Assembly: GCA_026391945.1 (NCBI GenBank)
Contig: JAPLDA010000077.1
Coordinates: 14,553-78,552, forward strand
From: Bacteroidota bacterium
Lineage (GTDB): Bacteria > Bacteroidota > Bacteroidia > AKYH767-A > 2013-40CM-41-45
Length of the DNA: 64,000 nt
Reading direction: 5' to 3'
Made by a program: the position numbers and the translations under genes. This document shows positions 18,873-28,148 of this stretch, piece by piece. The stretch's first letter is position 1, and every line of letters begins with the position of its first letter. Under the pieces are notes generated by a model. That model was not told the origin of the DNA, searched no databases, and was given only the letters and a program-made list of their open reading frames with translations.

Positions 18873-21389
18873 ATGATTTTTTTTAAAAGAATATTTTCCC
18901 TGATCATACCTGTTATTTTTTTCGCCTGTCCTTCCTTTTCCCAAACAGCCACCCTCACCGGCGTCATCCAGGATTCCGTTTCCAAACCGTTGTTCGGGGC
19001 CAGTGTAGCCGTCTTCGGAAAACCATTTGCCACCACCACGAATGAGAAAGGAAAATACACACTCAGCATTCCTGCCAACCAGCGACTGAAAATTGTTTTT
19101 TCCTATACCGGTTTGCATACCGATTCCGTTTTTCTGAACCTCGCTCCGGGAGAAACAAAAGAAATTAATAAAACGATGAAAGGCCGGATCGCTGAAATCA
19201 GGGAAGTGAAGATTGAAGAGCAATCGCTGAAGACCTCCAACATCACACGCATCAACCCGAAAAATGTGGCGGTGATCCCGACTCCCAACCAGAGTGTGGA
19301 AGATCTTTTGAAAACCTTGCCGGGAGTGAGTTCTGCAAATGAACTCAGTTCAACCTATTCTGTTCGCGGTGGAAACTTTGATGAAAACCTGGTGTATGTG
19401 AATGATGTGGAAGTGTACCGTCCCTTTTTAATCCGGTCGGGACAACAGGAAGGTTTAAGTTTCATCAACCCTGACATGGTTTCATCCATTCATTTTTCGG
19501 CGGGAGGATTTGATGCCGTGTACGGAGATAAAATGTCATCGGTGCTTGATATCCGGTACAGGAAACCCAAAAAATTCAGCGGAGCTGCCAGTGCCAGCCT
19601 GCTTGGGCAGTCACTGGAACTGGAGGGAATCAGTACAAATAAAAAATTCAGTTTCATCAGCGGCGTAAGACAGAAATCAAACCAGTACCTGCTGAATACT
19701 TTTGAAACAAAAGGAGAATACAAACCATCTTTCACGGATGTACAGTTTCTCGGAACATTTGATGCAACAAAAAAACTGGAGTTTGAAATTTTTGGAAATT
19801 ATTCTCACAACAGGTACAACCTCGTTCCGCAGGATCGTGAAACAAATTTCGGCACCTTGAATGACGCCAAACGATTCACTGTTTTTTTTGAAGGACAGGA
19901 ACTCGATCGCTACGATGCCTTTACAGGAGCGGTTTCCACCACATACCGTCCGAAAGAAAAACTGAAACTGAAACTGATTGCATCCGCATTCACCACTTCG
20001 GAACAAGAGAATTTCGACATCCTCGGTCAGTATTTTTTAGACCAGCTCGAAACGGATTTCGGAAAAAGTAATTTCGGTGATGTCACTTTTAATCTTGGAG
20101 TCGGATCCTTTCTCAACCATGCGCGAAATAAACTGAATGCTTCCGTTTACAGCGCCGAACACAAAGGTGAATGGATCGGAGACAAATCATTGTGTCAATG
20201 GGGAGTAAAAGTTCAGCACGAACTGATTGATGACAAACTGAACGAATGGTATTACAACGATTCGTCCGGCTTCTCCATTCCATCCGGGCGTGATACACTC
20301 AACCCGCAGATCATCCTGAACGATGTGGTGAATTCAAAGACCACGCTTTCCAGCAACCGTTACAGCGGGTACCTTCAGAATACCTGGCTGATATCCGATA
20401 CCTCGAAGATCACGTTCACGACGGGCATCAGGGCTACTTACTGGGATCTCGACAGGCAAATGGTCATCAGCCCGAGAGTATCAGCAACCTACAAACCGCG
20501 GAATAAAAAGAACATGAGTTACCGACTGGCTGCGGGTTTCTATTACCAGCCGCCATTCTATCGTGAGTTAAGGAACCTGGATGGTGTCATCAATAAAAAT
20601 GTGAAAGCACAACAGTCGATTCATTTTGTTCTTGGCAACGATTATACTTTTCTTGCACTCGGAAGAGAATTCAAATTAACGACTGAACTGTTTTATAAAA
20701 TACTGAACGACCTGGTTCCGTATAAAGCAGATAACCTGCGGCTGAGGTATCTCGGTGAGAACTCTGCAAAAGGTTTTGCGCGAGGCATTGATTTTCGTTT
20801 GTTCGGTGAGTTTGTTCCCGGGCTTGAATCATGGGCGAGCATTTCGATTCTTGAAACACAGGAAGATCTTACCAACGATTTTTTTTACGTGAGAAGAAAT
20901 GCTGCAGGCGACACCATCATCCCGGGATATACGGCCGATCAAATCGCCGTTGACAGCAACCGTGTGGAACCCGGATACATTCCACGGCCGGCTGACCAGC
21001 GCGTGAACTTCGGATTATTTTTCCAGGATTATCTTCCGAAAAATCCTACTTACAAAATGCAATTGAGTTTGCTGTTCGGAACCGGGTTGCCTTTCGGTCC
21101 GCCGGGCAACGACCGCTACAAAGATGTTCTGAGAACGCCTCCGTACAAACGCGTGGACATCGGTTTCTCCAAACAAATTGTAGGTGAAGGCGTGAAACAC
21201 GCTCCCAACAGCCGGTTCCTGCGGAAGTTCGAATCCATCTGGGTCAGCCTCGAAGTATTCAACCTGCTGCAGGTAAGCAATGTTTCCTCGTACATTTGGG
21301 TAACCGATATCAGCAATGCCAGGCAGTACGCCGTTCCGAATTACCTCACAGGCCGGCAACTAAATGTAAGGCTGAACCTGAAATTTTAA
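18873..21389 (+). CDS. TonB-dependent receptor with N-terminal CarboxypepD_reg-like domain
   Basis: TLTGVIQDS...GASVAV N-domain; plug YSVRGGNFDENLVYVNDVEV...FSAGGFDAVYGDKMSSVLDI; C-terminal LEVFNLL...LNVRLNLKF. Confidence 0.88.
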   Translation: MIFFKRIFSLIIPVIFFACPSFSQTATLTGVIQDSVSKPLFGASVAVFGKPFATTTNEKGKYTLSIPANQRLKIVFSYTGLHTDSVFLNLAPGETKEINKTMKGRIAEIREVKIEEQSLKTSNITRINPKNVAVIPTPNQSVEDLLKTLPGVSSANELSSTYSVRGGNFDENLVYVNDVEVYRPFLIRSGQQEGLSFINPDMVSSIHFSAGGFDAVYGDKMSSVLDIRYRKPKKFSGAASASLLGQSLELEGISTNKKFSFISGVRQKSNQYLLNTFETKGEYKPSFTDVQFLGTFDATKKLEFEIFGNYSHNRYNLVPQDRETNFGTLNDAKRFTVFFEGQELDRYDAFTGAVSTTYRPKEKLKLKLIASAFTTSEQENFDILGQYFLDQLETDFGKSNFGDVTFNLGVGSFLNHARNKLNASVYSAEHKGEWIGDKSLCQWGVKVQHELIDDKLNEWYYNDSSGFSIPSGRDTLNPQIILNDVVNSKTTLSSNRYSGYLQNTWLISDTSKITFTTGIRATYWDLDRQMVISPRVSATYKPRNKKNMSYRLAAGFYYQPPFYRELRNLDGVINKNVKAQQSIHFVLGNDYTFLALGREFKLTTELFYKILNDLVPYKADNLRLRYLGENSAKGFARGIDFRLFGEFVPGLESWASISILETQEDLTNDFFYVRRNAAGDTIIPGYTADQIAVDSNRVEPGYIPRPADQRVNFGLFFQDYLPKNPTYKMQLSLLFGTGLPFGPPGNDRYKDVLRTPPYKRVDIGFSKQIVGEGVKHAPNSRFLRKFESIWVSLEVFNLLQVSNVSSYIWVTDISNARQYAVPNYLTGRQLNVRLNLKF

Positions 21390-21452
21390 AACCGGAATTT
21401 TCATGCTGATGGTTTGCGTAACGTTGTGATCATAAAACCAACCGAAAAAAAA

Positions 21453-21851
21453 ATGATCCGCACAAAAATATTTTTGATTCATTTTTTAATACTGGCTTCT
21501 GCCCTGTCTTCGCATTCACAGAAAATAACTTTCTGTGAACACGTCGACAGCAGCGGGAATCCGAAGAATAGCAGTACCACCTTTATCATCCGTTCAAACG
21601 GTGGCTACCTGGAAGTCCTGGTGACATTGCCCCGAGATGTGAACTCCTCTTTTGTGACGTATGATCTTTACACTGTCACCGGTGATAAAAAAGAAATTTT
21701 CGAAAATACGATCAGGCAAAATGTACGAAGTGACTTCACCTGGTTTTCAAAAAAAATAAATTTTCCCAAAGCAGGGTACTACCATGTTTATGTGTACGAC
21801 GATCGGGATCACCTGTTATGCGCCGGGAGAGTATTGGTAAAAATCGAATAG
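21453..21851 (+). CDS. Hypothetical exported protein (single beta-sandwich-like domain)
   Basis: ATG 21453 gives signal peptide MIRTKIFLIHFLILASALSSHSQ and is preferred over 21414. Confidence 0.65.
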   Translation: MIRTKIFLIHFLILASALSSHSQKITFCEHVDSSGNPKNSSTTFIIRSNGGYLEVLVTLPRDVNSSFVTYDLYTVTGDKKEIFENTIRQNVRSDFTWFSKKINFPKAGYYHVYVYDDRDHLLCAGRVLVKIE

Positions 21852-21869
21852 ACAGGTTCCAGGTGTTCT

Positions 21870-22676
21870 TCATTTATGAAATGGAGAATCCTTTTCTTTT
21901 GCCAGGTGATTGAATACCATGGAATCCAACAGTGAAGGGAAAAATTTATCGAGCCAGACAGTCAACCTTCCGTTGACAGTAAGGATAAGATCCCTTTTCC
22001 TCTTCACGACAGCCTTGTAAACATGTTCTGCCACCACTTCCGGTGTCATCATTTTTTTTTCGTCGCGGGGAGATGTTGCCTGCTTACTGCCATCGCTTGT
22101 GAGGGACGATTCGCGGATCCCCGAAGCAGTGAATCCCGGACAGGCAACCAGTACGTGCAAATCTTTTTTCAGGTTTTCCACCCGGAGCGATTCAAGAAAA
22201 CCTTCGATGGCAAACTTGGAAGCGGAGTATCCTGATCTTCCCGGCAGACCTTTTTTGCCGGCGATGGAAGAAATGCCGACCACGCTTCCTTTGCTTCTCA
22301 AAAGATGAGGCAAGGCATGCTTTGTACAATAAACCGTTCCCCAGAAATTGGTGTCCATCAGTTTTTTCAGAACAGAAAGATCAGCCTGTTCAAATAAAGC
22401 ACGCATGGAAATGCCGGCGTTGCAGATCATCACATCAATACAACCGAACCTGTTCACTGTTGCTTCCACGAGTTTCCTGCAATCTTCTTCTTTGCTGACA
22501 TCAGCAACTACGCTGATTACCTCCGTTATTTTTTTCAGTTCATTTTCAACCAACGCCAGTGATTCAGCATTCCTGGCTGCTATCACGAGTTTCGAACCGG
22601 CTTTGGCAAAAACTTCCGCGCAGGATTTTCCAATACCTGACGACGCTCCGGTGATAACGATTATTTTATTTTTCAT
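21870..22676 (-). CDS. SDR family oxidoreductase
   Basis: TGASSGIG, NAG, catalytic YSASK. Confidence 0.93.
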   Translation of the reverse strand: MKNKIIVITGASSGIGKSCAEVFAKAGSKLVIAARNAESLALVENELKKITEVISVVADVSKEEDCRKLVEATVNRFGCIDVMICNAGISMRALFEQADLSVLKKLMDTNFWGTVYCTKHALPHLLRSKGSVVGISSIAGKKGLPGRSGYSASKFAIEGFLESLRVENLKKDLHVLVACPGFTASGIRESSLTSDGSKQATSPRDEKKMMTPEVVAEHVYKAVVKRKRDLILTVNGRLTVWLDKFFPSLLDSMVFNHLAKEKDSPFHK

Positions 22677-22693
22677 TGTAAAATGCTGACCGG

Positions 22694-24100
22694 TTAACTG
22701 CCTGGAAATATTTTCCCCGGGTTCAGAATACCATTCGGGTCAAACAGGTTTTTAATTCCTTTCATCAGGTTCAGTTGGGTTTCGCTGAATGCAATATCGA
22801 GATAATTTTTCTGAACATACCCGATGCCATGTTCCCCGGAGATGGTTCCACCCAGTTTCACACACAACTCAAAAATCTCCCTGATCCCGGCGGGAACTTT
22901 TTCATTCCAGTCGGTTTCGCTCATAGATTCTTTGATGATGTTCACATGCAGGTTGCCATCGCCGGCATGTCCGTAGCAAACACTTTTGAAACCGTATTTT
23001 TTTCCGATGTCCTTCACACCTCTTAATAATACCGGCAATTCGGCTCTCGGGACAACGGTATCTTCTTCCTTGTACACCGAATGTGACTTGACAGCTTCCC
23101 CGGCTGATCTTCTCGCTCGCCACACATCTGCCTTTTGCTGTGATGTTTCAGCAAATAAAATTTCACCGCAATCAAATCCTTCAAGCACTTCAGAAATTTT
23201 TTCGCACTCCTTCATCAGCACCAGTTTGTCATTTCCATCCACTTCGATGATGAGATGCGCCTGCACATGTTCAGTCAGCGGAATTTTAACATCCACATAC
23301 TTCATCACATATTCAATGCACTCGCGTTCCATGAATTCAAGAGATGAAGGAGTGATGCCGGATCTGAAAATGGCGGCAACAGCTTCACATGCTTTCTCCG
23401 CACTGAAAAAAGGAACCAGCATGAGAAGGTTTTCTTTCGGAAGCGGAATCAGCCGGAAAATTATTTTCGTGATGATGCCCAATGTTCCTTCACTTCCGAT
23501 CAGCATTTGGGTGAGGTTATATCCTGTTGAATTCTTCAGCACATTGGCGCCAGTCATGATGATTTCCCCGGAAGGAAGCACCACTTCCATATTCAGCACA
23601 TAATCTTTCGTCACGCCGTATTTCACTGCCTTCGGTCCGCCGGCACTTTCGGCGAGGTTTCCGCCGAGGAAACAACTTCCTTTACTCGCAGGATCCGGTG
23701 GGTAAAACAAATTTTTCTCCATCACCGCATCCTGGAAAACCTGGTTGATGACGCCGGGCTCAGCCGTTGCCTGGAAATTTCTGTCATCGATGGAAAGAAT
23801 TTTATTCAGCCTTTCCGTGGAAAGGATCACACCACCGTACACAGGCAATGCACCGCCGCTCAGGCCGGTTCCGGCACCGCGCGGAGTGACCGGGATTTTT
23901 TCACGGTTGCAGATTTTCATGATGGCGGAGATTTCCTGAGTGGACCCGGGCTTCAAAACCACATCGGGAAAGAACTTCAGATCTTCCGTATAGTCATGGG
24001 AATATGGCTGAAGCTGTTCTTCGCTCACCAGCACATTTCCTTCGCCGGTAATTCGTTTGAATTGCTCCAGGATAGTCCCGTTGATTTTATTGAATTTCAC
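22694..24100 (-). CDS. FAD-linked oxidase, GlcD/D-2-hydroxyacid dehydrogenase family
   Basis: PRGAGTGLSGGALP, AEPGV, YPPDPAS, GSEGTLGII, GHAGDGNLH, GTISGEHGIG, FDPNGILNPGKIF. Start placed at GTG 24100 (MKFNKIN) rather than 24172. Confidence 0.9.
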   Translation of the reverse strand: MKFNKINGTILEQFKRITGEGNVLVSEEQLQPYSHDYTEDLKFFPDVVLKPGSTQEISAIMKICNREKIPVTPRGAGTGLSGGALPVYGGVILSTERLNKILSIDDRNFQATAEPGVINQVFQDAVMEKNLFYPPDPASKGSCFLGGNLAESAGGPKAVKYGVTKDYVLNMEVVLPSGEIIMTGANVLKNSTGYNLTQMLIGSEGTLGIITKIIFRLIPLPKENLLMLVPFFSAEKACEAVAAIFRSGITPSSLEFMERECIEYVMKYVDVKIPLTEHVQAHLIIEVDGNDKLVLMKECEKISEVLEGFDCGEILFAETSQQKADVWRARRSAGEAVKSHSVYKEEDTVVPRAELPVLLRGVKDIGKKYGFKSVCYGHAGDGNLHVNIIKESMSETDWNEKVPAGIREIFELCVKLGGTISGEHGIGYVQKNYLDIAFSETQLNLMKGIKNLFDPNGILNPGKIFPGS

Positions 24101-24244
24101 TTTGAAAATTTTTTCACTACAAAAATAAGATCGTATGTAAGTCTCCGTCCGGCGCAGCACATTACTTTTCAACGGCTGATCATAAATATCTTTTCACATT
24201 CATCCCGGTTTTCGTATTCAATTAAATATGTTGAAATTTGATCC

Positions 24245-24856
24245 ATGCCAAACACAGGAAGAATCCCGACCATTTTATTCCTCTTTTTTATTTCAACCCT
24301 TGTACTTGGCTCCTGTCAGAAGGATCATTTTACCAATGTCGGGCTCCTTCACCCGGGAAACGATTACATTGTTGCAGGCGATGCCGGCCCCGAACTTTAT
24401 TACTACGACCTGAACCCGGATTGGGAAAAACATGGCTTCGGACTTTTCAACGACAGCGTTAACCTGGATATCAACGGTGATCATGTTGTTGATATCAGTT
24501 TCAAATACACGACCTATATTTCGGGGACTGAATATGATCAGCAAACTTCAGTAAGCTCTTTCAATGGCAGCGCCGTGTCCGTGATGCCTAAAAATATTTC
24601 TGATACGATAGATGCTTCATCAGCCTGGACAACCTCACCTGCTCTGCTATGCTTCACAAAAATCAACATGATTACTCCGGATACTGCTTATACAGGGCCA
24701 TGGCAGGGAGTTGAGAACCATTACATCGGCATAAAAATTATTCAGAACGGACAAACCGTTTATGGATGGGTACGGATGTCTGTCCTCATCAGGCCGGCCA
24801 TTGTTTACATCCAGCAGATCATCGTTAAAGATTTTGCCTGCAGGAGAAGTGGATAA
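24245..24856 (+). CDS. Hypothetical lipoprotein
   Basis: Lipobox-like TLVLGS-C followed by QKD; DINGDHVVD EF-hand-like motif; YIGIKIIQNGQTVYGWVRM beta-rich motif. Confidence 0.7.
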   Translation: MPNTGRIPTILFLFFISTLVLGSCQKDHFTNVGLLHPGNDYIVAGDAGPELYYYDLNPDWEKHGFGLFNDSVNLDINGDHVVDISFKYTTYISGTEYDQQTSVSSFNGSAVSVMPKNISDTIDASSAWTTSPALLCFTKINMITPDTAYTGPWQGVENHYIGIKIIQNGQTVYGWVRMSVLIRPAIVYIQQIIVKDFACRRSG

Positions 24857-24892
24857 AAAAAACGCCGCACTCTCATGCGGCGTTTTATTTTT
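24855..24892. terminator. Bidirectional intrinsic terminator between convergent genes
   Basis: AAAACGCCGCA-CTCTCA-TGCGGCGTTTT (24859-24886) with A tract before and T tract after. Confidence 0.85.
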
Positions 24893-24905
24893 TCTTCTAA
24901 ACCAA

Positions 24906-26732
24906 TCATTCGATGAATACAATCCTGCTCACCAGATTGGTTGAAGCAGAAGTCAGTTTCACTGTATACACTCCATGCGAAAGATTTAACTGTGCAGCGT
25001 CTATCACAAAATGATAGTTTCCCATGTTCAGTATTTTATCTGCTATTACTTTGATAAGGTTTCCGAAGGAATCATACAGGTTTAATGAAACAGGCGCCGC
25101 TTTCGCCATGCTGAAGTCAATTTTCACCTGCGACGATGCCGGGTTCGGATACACTTTATAGTTTGTTACATCCTGGAATCCTCCTTCATAGATACCAATC
25201 AGGGTGAGGTCAATGGTATCCACCTGCTGCTGCAATCCGCAATGATTAAAAGCGTTAAGCACCACGATATAAGTTCCCGTTGTCGAATAGGTATGGCTGG
25301 GATTGGACGCGGTGTCAGTTCCACCGTCACCAAAATCCCAATGCAGCGAATCATAATCGATGGAGCTGTTTACAAAATTAACCGTGTTGGCCATTCCACT
25401 GAAAGAAAAATTCACAGACGGAAAAGGAAGATTCAGCTGATGGAGAAGTGTGAACGGTGATGCCGCCCAGTTGTTGTTCTCATTGCTTTCAAGGATTACA
25501 TTTCCCGGATCCGTGATGGACACAATATAATAATCGCCGTTACAAAGACTATCGAGAATAATCCACTGACCCGTCAACCCCGCCGAATACACATCGTAAT
25601 TTCCAACAAAGATTCCCTGGTCAATGCCGCAACCGGTTACCGCTCCCATTCCATAATTCGGAATGTTCTGTCGCCCAAGAGGAGTTCCGGCTGAATCGAC
25701 ACAATAATTATTTCCGGTGGTGGAACACTGACCGAGATTCACGAGACAATAACTTTGCTTATAACCTTGTCCAACCACGGGCCAGTCAATAGGACTCAGT
25801 CCGTAAACAGGCCTTCTTAAAGAATACGAAGCCCAGTTGTCGAGATGAGTATGTCCGTGAGACGGATGGTATGTCATCGAGCCGGCGGATCGCATCCATT
25901 GACTTACTGTTCCGTGATCTTTGTGGTAGACGGTCTGCATCACGAGTTGTTTCGGTGGTAGTCCTGTGACGGGACAAGCCGTTGTGGTACACGACACCGG
26001 GTTTGTATCGCAGTAACACAAACTGATTCCGTGGATTTCAAGCGGGCCCCAGCCGATGTTGGGTGTGGCATTGTTCACATAAACTGTATCGCCTGATTCA
26101 TAAGAGCCGGTCAAAATGGCTTCGGCAGAAGCAGTCATGTCGGGAAGAAGATCACAGACCTGGCTTCCGTCGGGACATAGGCAGTAACTTGGATCGGTGG
26201 TGCTGCAGGGCATTCTCGAATGTGGCGTAACGTTGCTGCTGAAGATGATCTGGAAAGAATTCACCCTACCCGTATCAATGGATGACATATCGGTAACAAC
26301 CAGATGCCAGATGCCATTCGGATTTCTTCCGTTCATGTAAGCCCTGAGATCACCATCCGGATCATATTCACCTGTGAAAGGAGCGGTTCCGAGGGAAATC
26401 ATCCCATCAGTTCCCATCCCGCGAAAACAGGTGGCTGTGAAGTTATCATTGCTGCCACCATTCCTGTTCGATAACATCACTACAAAATTATCCGGGCTCA
26501 TGAGTTTTATTTCCAGGTCCTGGTCGTACGTGTGGGTGATGTTCAGGCACACACGTTCAATTCCGAACGTCGTATCAATCGAAGAAGGCAGACCAGAAAC
26601 GGTACAGGCAAAATAAGTCGGGCTGGGAGTCACAACCAAATCAGGAATAATCCCTCCCGTTCCGTTAAAAGTCTGCGCCCGGGTAAGCACGTTGAATAAC
26701 AAAACAAAGGTGAACAGGATGATTTTTTTCAT
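24906..26732 (-). CDS. T9SS-secreted lysyl oxidase-family protein (P-domain + LOX + PKD + type A CTD)
   Basis: Signal peptide from ATG 26732. P_proprotein-like domain (VCLNITHTYDQDLEIKLMSPD...NPNGIWHLVVTD). LOX motifs DLLPD, TPNIGWGPL, YHPSHGHTHL, YKQSYCL, GNYDVY...QWI, DPGNVILESNENNN. PKD motif WDFGDG. CTD VYPNPAS...GVYTVKL. Confidence 0.85.
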   Translation of the reverse strand: MKKIILFTFVLLFNVLTRAQTFNGTGGIIPDLVVTPSPTYFACTVSGLPSSIDTTFGIERVCLNITHTYDQDLEIKLMSPDNFVVMLSNRNGGSNDNFTATCFRGMGTDGMISLGTAPFTGEYDPDGDLRAYMNGRNPNGIWHLVVTDMSSIDTGRVNSFQIIFSSNVTPHSRMPCSTTDPSYCLCPDGSQVCDLLPDMTASAEAILTGSYESGDTVYVNNATPNIGWGPLEIHGISLCYCDTNPVSCTTTACPVTGLPPKQLVMQTVYHKDHGTVSQWMRSAGSMTYHPSHGHTHLDNWASYSLRRPVYGLSPIDWPVVGQGYKQSYCLVNLGQCSTTGNNYCVDSAGTPLGRQNIPNYGMGAVTGCGIDQGIFVGNYDVYSAGLTGQWIILDSLCNGDYYIVSITDPGNVILESNENNNWAASPFTLLHQLNLPFPSVNFSFSGMANTVNFVNSSIDYDSLHWDFGDGGTDTASNPSHTYSTTGTYIVVLNAFNHCGLQQQVDTIDLTLIGIYEGGFQDVTNYKVYPNPASSQVKIDFSMAKAAPVSLNLYDSFGNLIKVIADKILNMGNYHFVIDAAQLNLSHGVYTVKLTSASTNLVSRIVFIE

Positions 26733-26877
26733 TGGCAGCAAGTTATGGTTAGAGGCGTAAAAGTACAAAACAGGTTGCTACATTCAAGGCTGCCGGACAA
26801 TTTATTATCCAATATTACCCGCTTCATCGTTAAACGAATGAAATCATTTTCTTCCTTTGTCATAGGATTCTTTTGTC

Positions 26878-27888
26878 ATGGATATTGTAACACATACAGT
26901 TCTCGGAGCCTGCATCGGGGAAGCGCTGGCCGGAAAAAAAATCGGCAAGAAGGCCATGCTGGCCGGGGCTCTTGTAAACAACCTTCCTGACCTCGACATC
27001 TTCACTTCGTTGTGGATGAACCAGGCCGGTAGCCTGCTGGCACACCGTGGGTTTACACATTCCATCCTGTTCGCCATACTGGCCACTCCCCTTCTCGGGT
27101 GGCTGTTTCACGCCATCACAAAAAAAATAAATTTTTCGGCGGGTGAATGGATGATGCTCGTTGGCATCAACCTTTTCTCTCACCTGTTCATTGATGCATT
27201 CACCGTTTACGGAACGGGATGGTTCGAGCCGTTCAGTCATTACCGAGTCACGTTCAATGTTCTTTTTGTTGCTGATCCGTTTTATACCATCGCATTGTTG
27301 GTAGCCTGCATCATACTTCTATTAATAAGGAGAACCTCTGTTGTGAGAAAAAAATGGGCGATGGCGGGAATCATCCTGAGCACCACTTACCTGTTTTATG
27401 CATTGTACCACAAAATAAAAGTGAATGACGTGGCAGAAAAATCATTGGCGGAAGCACACATCCCTTTTACCAATTACATGGCCACTCCCACTCCACTGAA
27501 TAATTTTCTCTGGTACATCATTGCAAGAAATGATTCGGGAAATAACGTTGGCTATTATTCTGTCTTTGACCGCTCCGATAAAATCAGCTTCCATTTCTTT
27601 CCCTTCAATGATTCTCTCCTTGAAACTGTGAAGAACCGTGAAGACGTAAAAAAACTGATCCGGTTTTCAGAAGGTTATTATCATGCAGAGAAAATCAGTG
27701 ACTCACTGGTATTTTGTGACCTGCGGTTCGGACAAACAGGAGGCTGGGATGATGGCAATGCTCCGTTTGTTTTTCGTTATCAATTATCTGAGCATGCCGA
27801 CAACACCATGGTCATTCAAAGCGGAAGGCTGAAAGCATCGGGATCAAAATCTTTTAACAGCATGATGAAAAGGATTCGGGGGAAATAG
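26878..27888 (+). CDS. Inner-membrane metal-dependent hydrolase (YdjM/YbcI-like)
   Basis: MDIVTHTVLGA, NLPDLD, HRGFTHS, SHLFIDAFTVYG motifs with TM helices. Confidence 0.88.
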   Translation: MDIVTHTVLGACIGEALAGKKIGKKAMLAGALVNNLPDLDIFTSLWMNQAGSLLAHRGFTHSILFAILATPLLGWLFHAITKKINFSAGEWMMLVGINLFSHLFIDAFTVYGTGWFEPFSHYRVTFNVLFVADPFYTIALLVACIILLLIRRTSVVRKKWAMAGIILSTTYLFYALYHKIKVNDVAEKSLAEAHIPFTNYMATPTPLNNFLWYIIARNDSGNNVGYYSVFDRSDKISFHFFPFNDSLLETVKNREDVKKLIRFSEGYYHAEKISDSLVFCDLRFGQTGGWDDGNAPFVFRYQLSEHADNTMVIQSGRLKASGSKSFNSMMKRIRGK

Positions 27889-27889
27889 A

Positions 27890-28033
27890 GATTTAAGATC
27901 CAGGATTTAAGAATAAAGAATTGAGAGAATGGTTGCTTGAATTTAAGATTTCAGGATTTTCGATTCCGGATTTGAGACAAGGAAACTATTGCTTGTCAAA
28001 TTCCGATTCAATATTCAATTTTCACTATTCAAT
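27890..28033. repeat. 7-nt-period repeat arms in inverted arrangement around a GACAAG/CTTGTC hairpin
   Basis: Left arm: gatttaa gatccag gatttaa gaataaa gaattga and gaattta agatttc aggattt tcgattc cggattt. Right arm: attcaat attcaat tttcact attcaat (28006-28033). Confidence 0.7.
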
Positions 28034-28119
28034 ATATCCCCATTCCTTTTTCAATCCGCTACTTAACACTCATCACGCTCCTATTCAGCCTTCCTTCATC
28101 CTTGAAATAAATAAAAGAT

Positions 28120-28127
28120 TAGTTTTG
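28120..28127 (+). promoter_or_regulatory. -7 promoter element (TAGTTTTG)
   Basis: TAnnTTTG match 21 nt upstream of the ATG at 28149. Confidence 0.5.
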
Positions 28128-28148
28128 CAGGACTAAAACAAAATCGTC

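Noticed and set aside
18719-19078. Minus-strand ORF containing LDFWILDFWILDL repeats
   Set aside because: The peptide repeat is just the translated intergenic heptamer array, and the ORF overlaps the TonB receptor antisense.
22986-23603. 205-aa ORF antisense to the FAD-linked oxidase, and similar 31997..32557 opposite rimO
   Set aside because: Ser/Thr-rich antisense translations typical of shadow frames.
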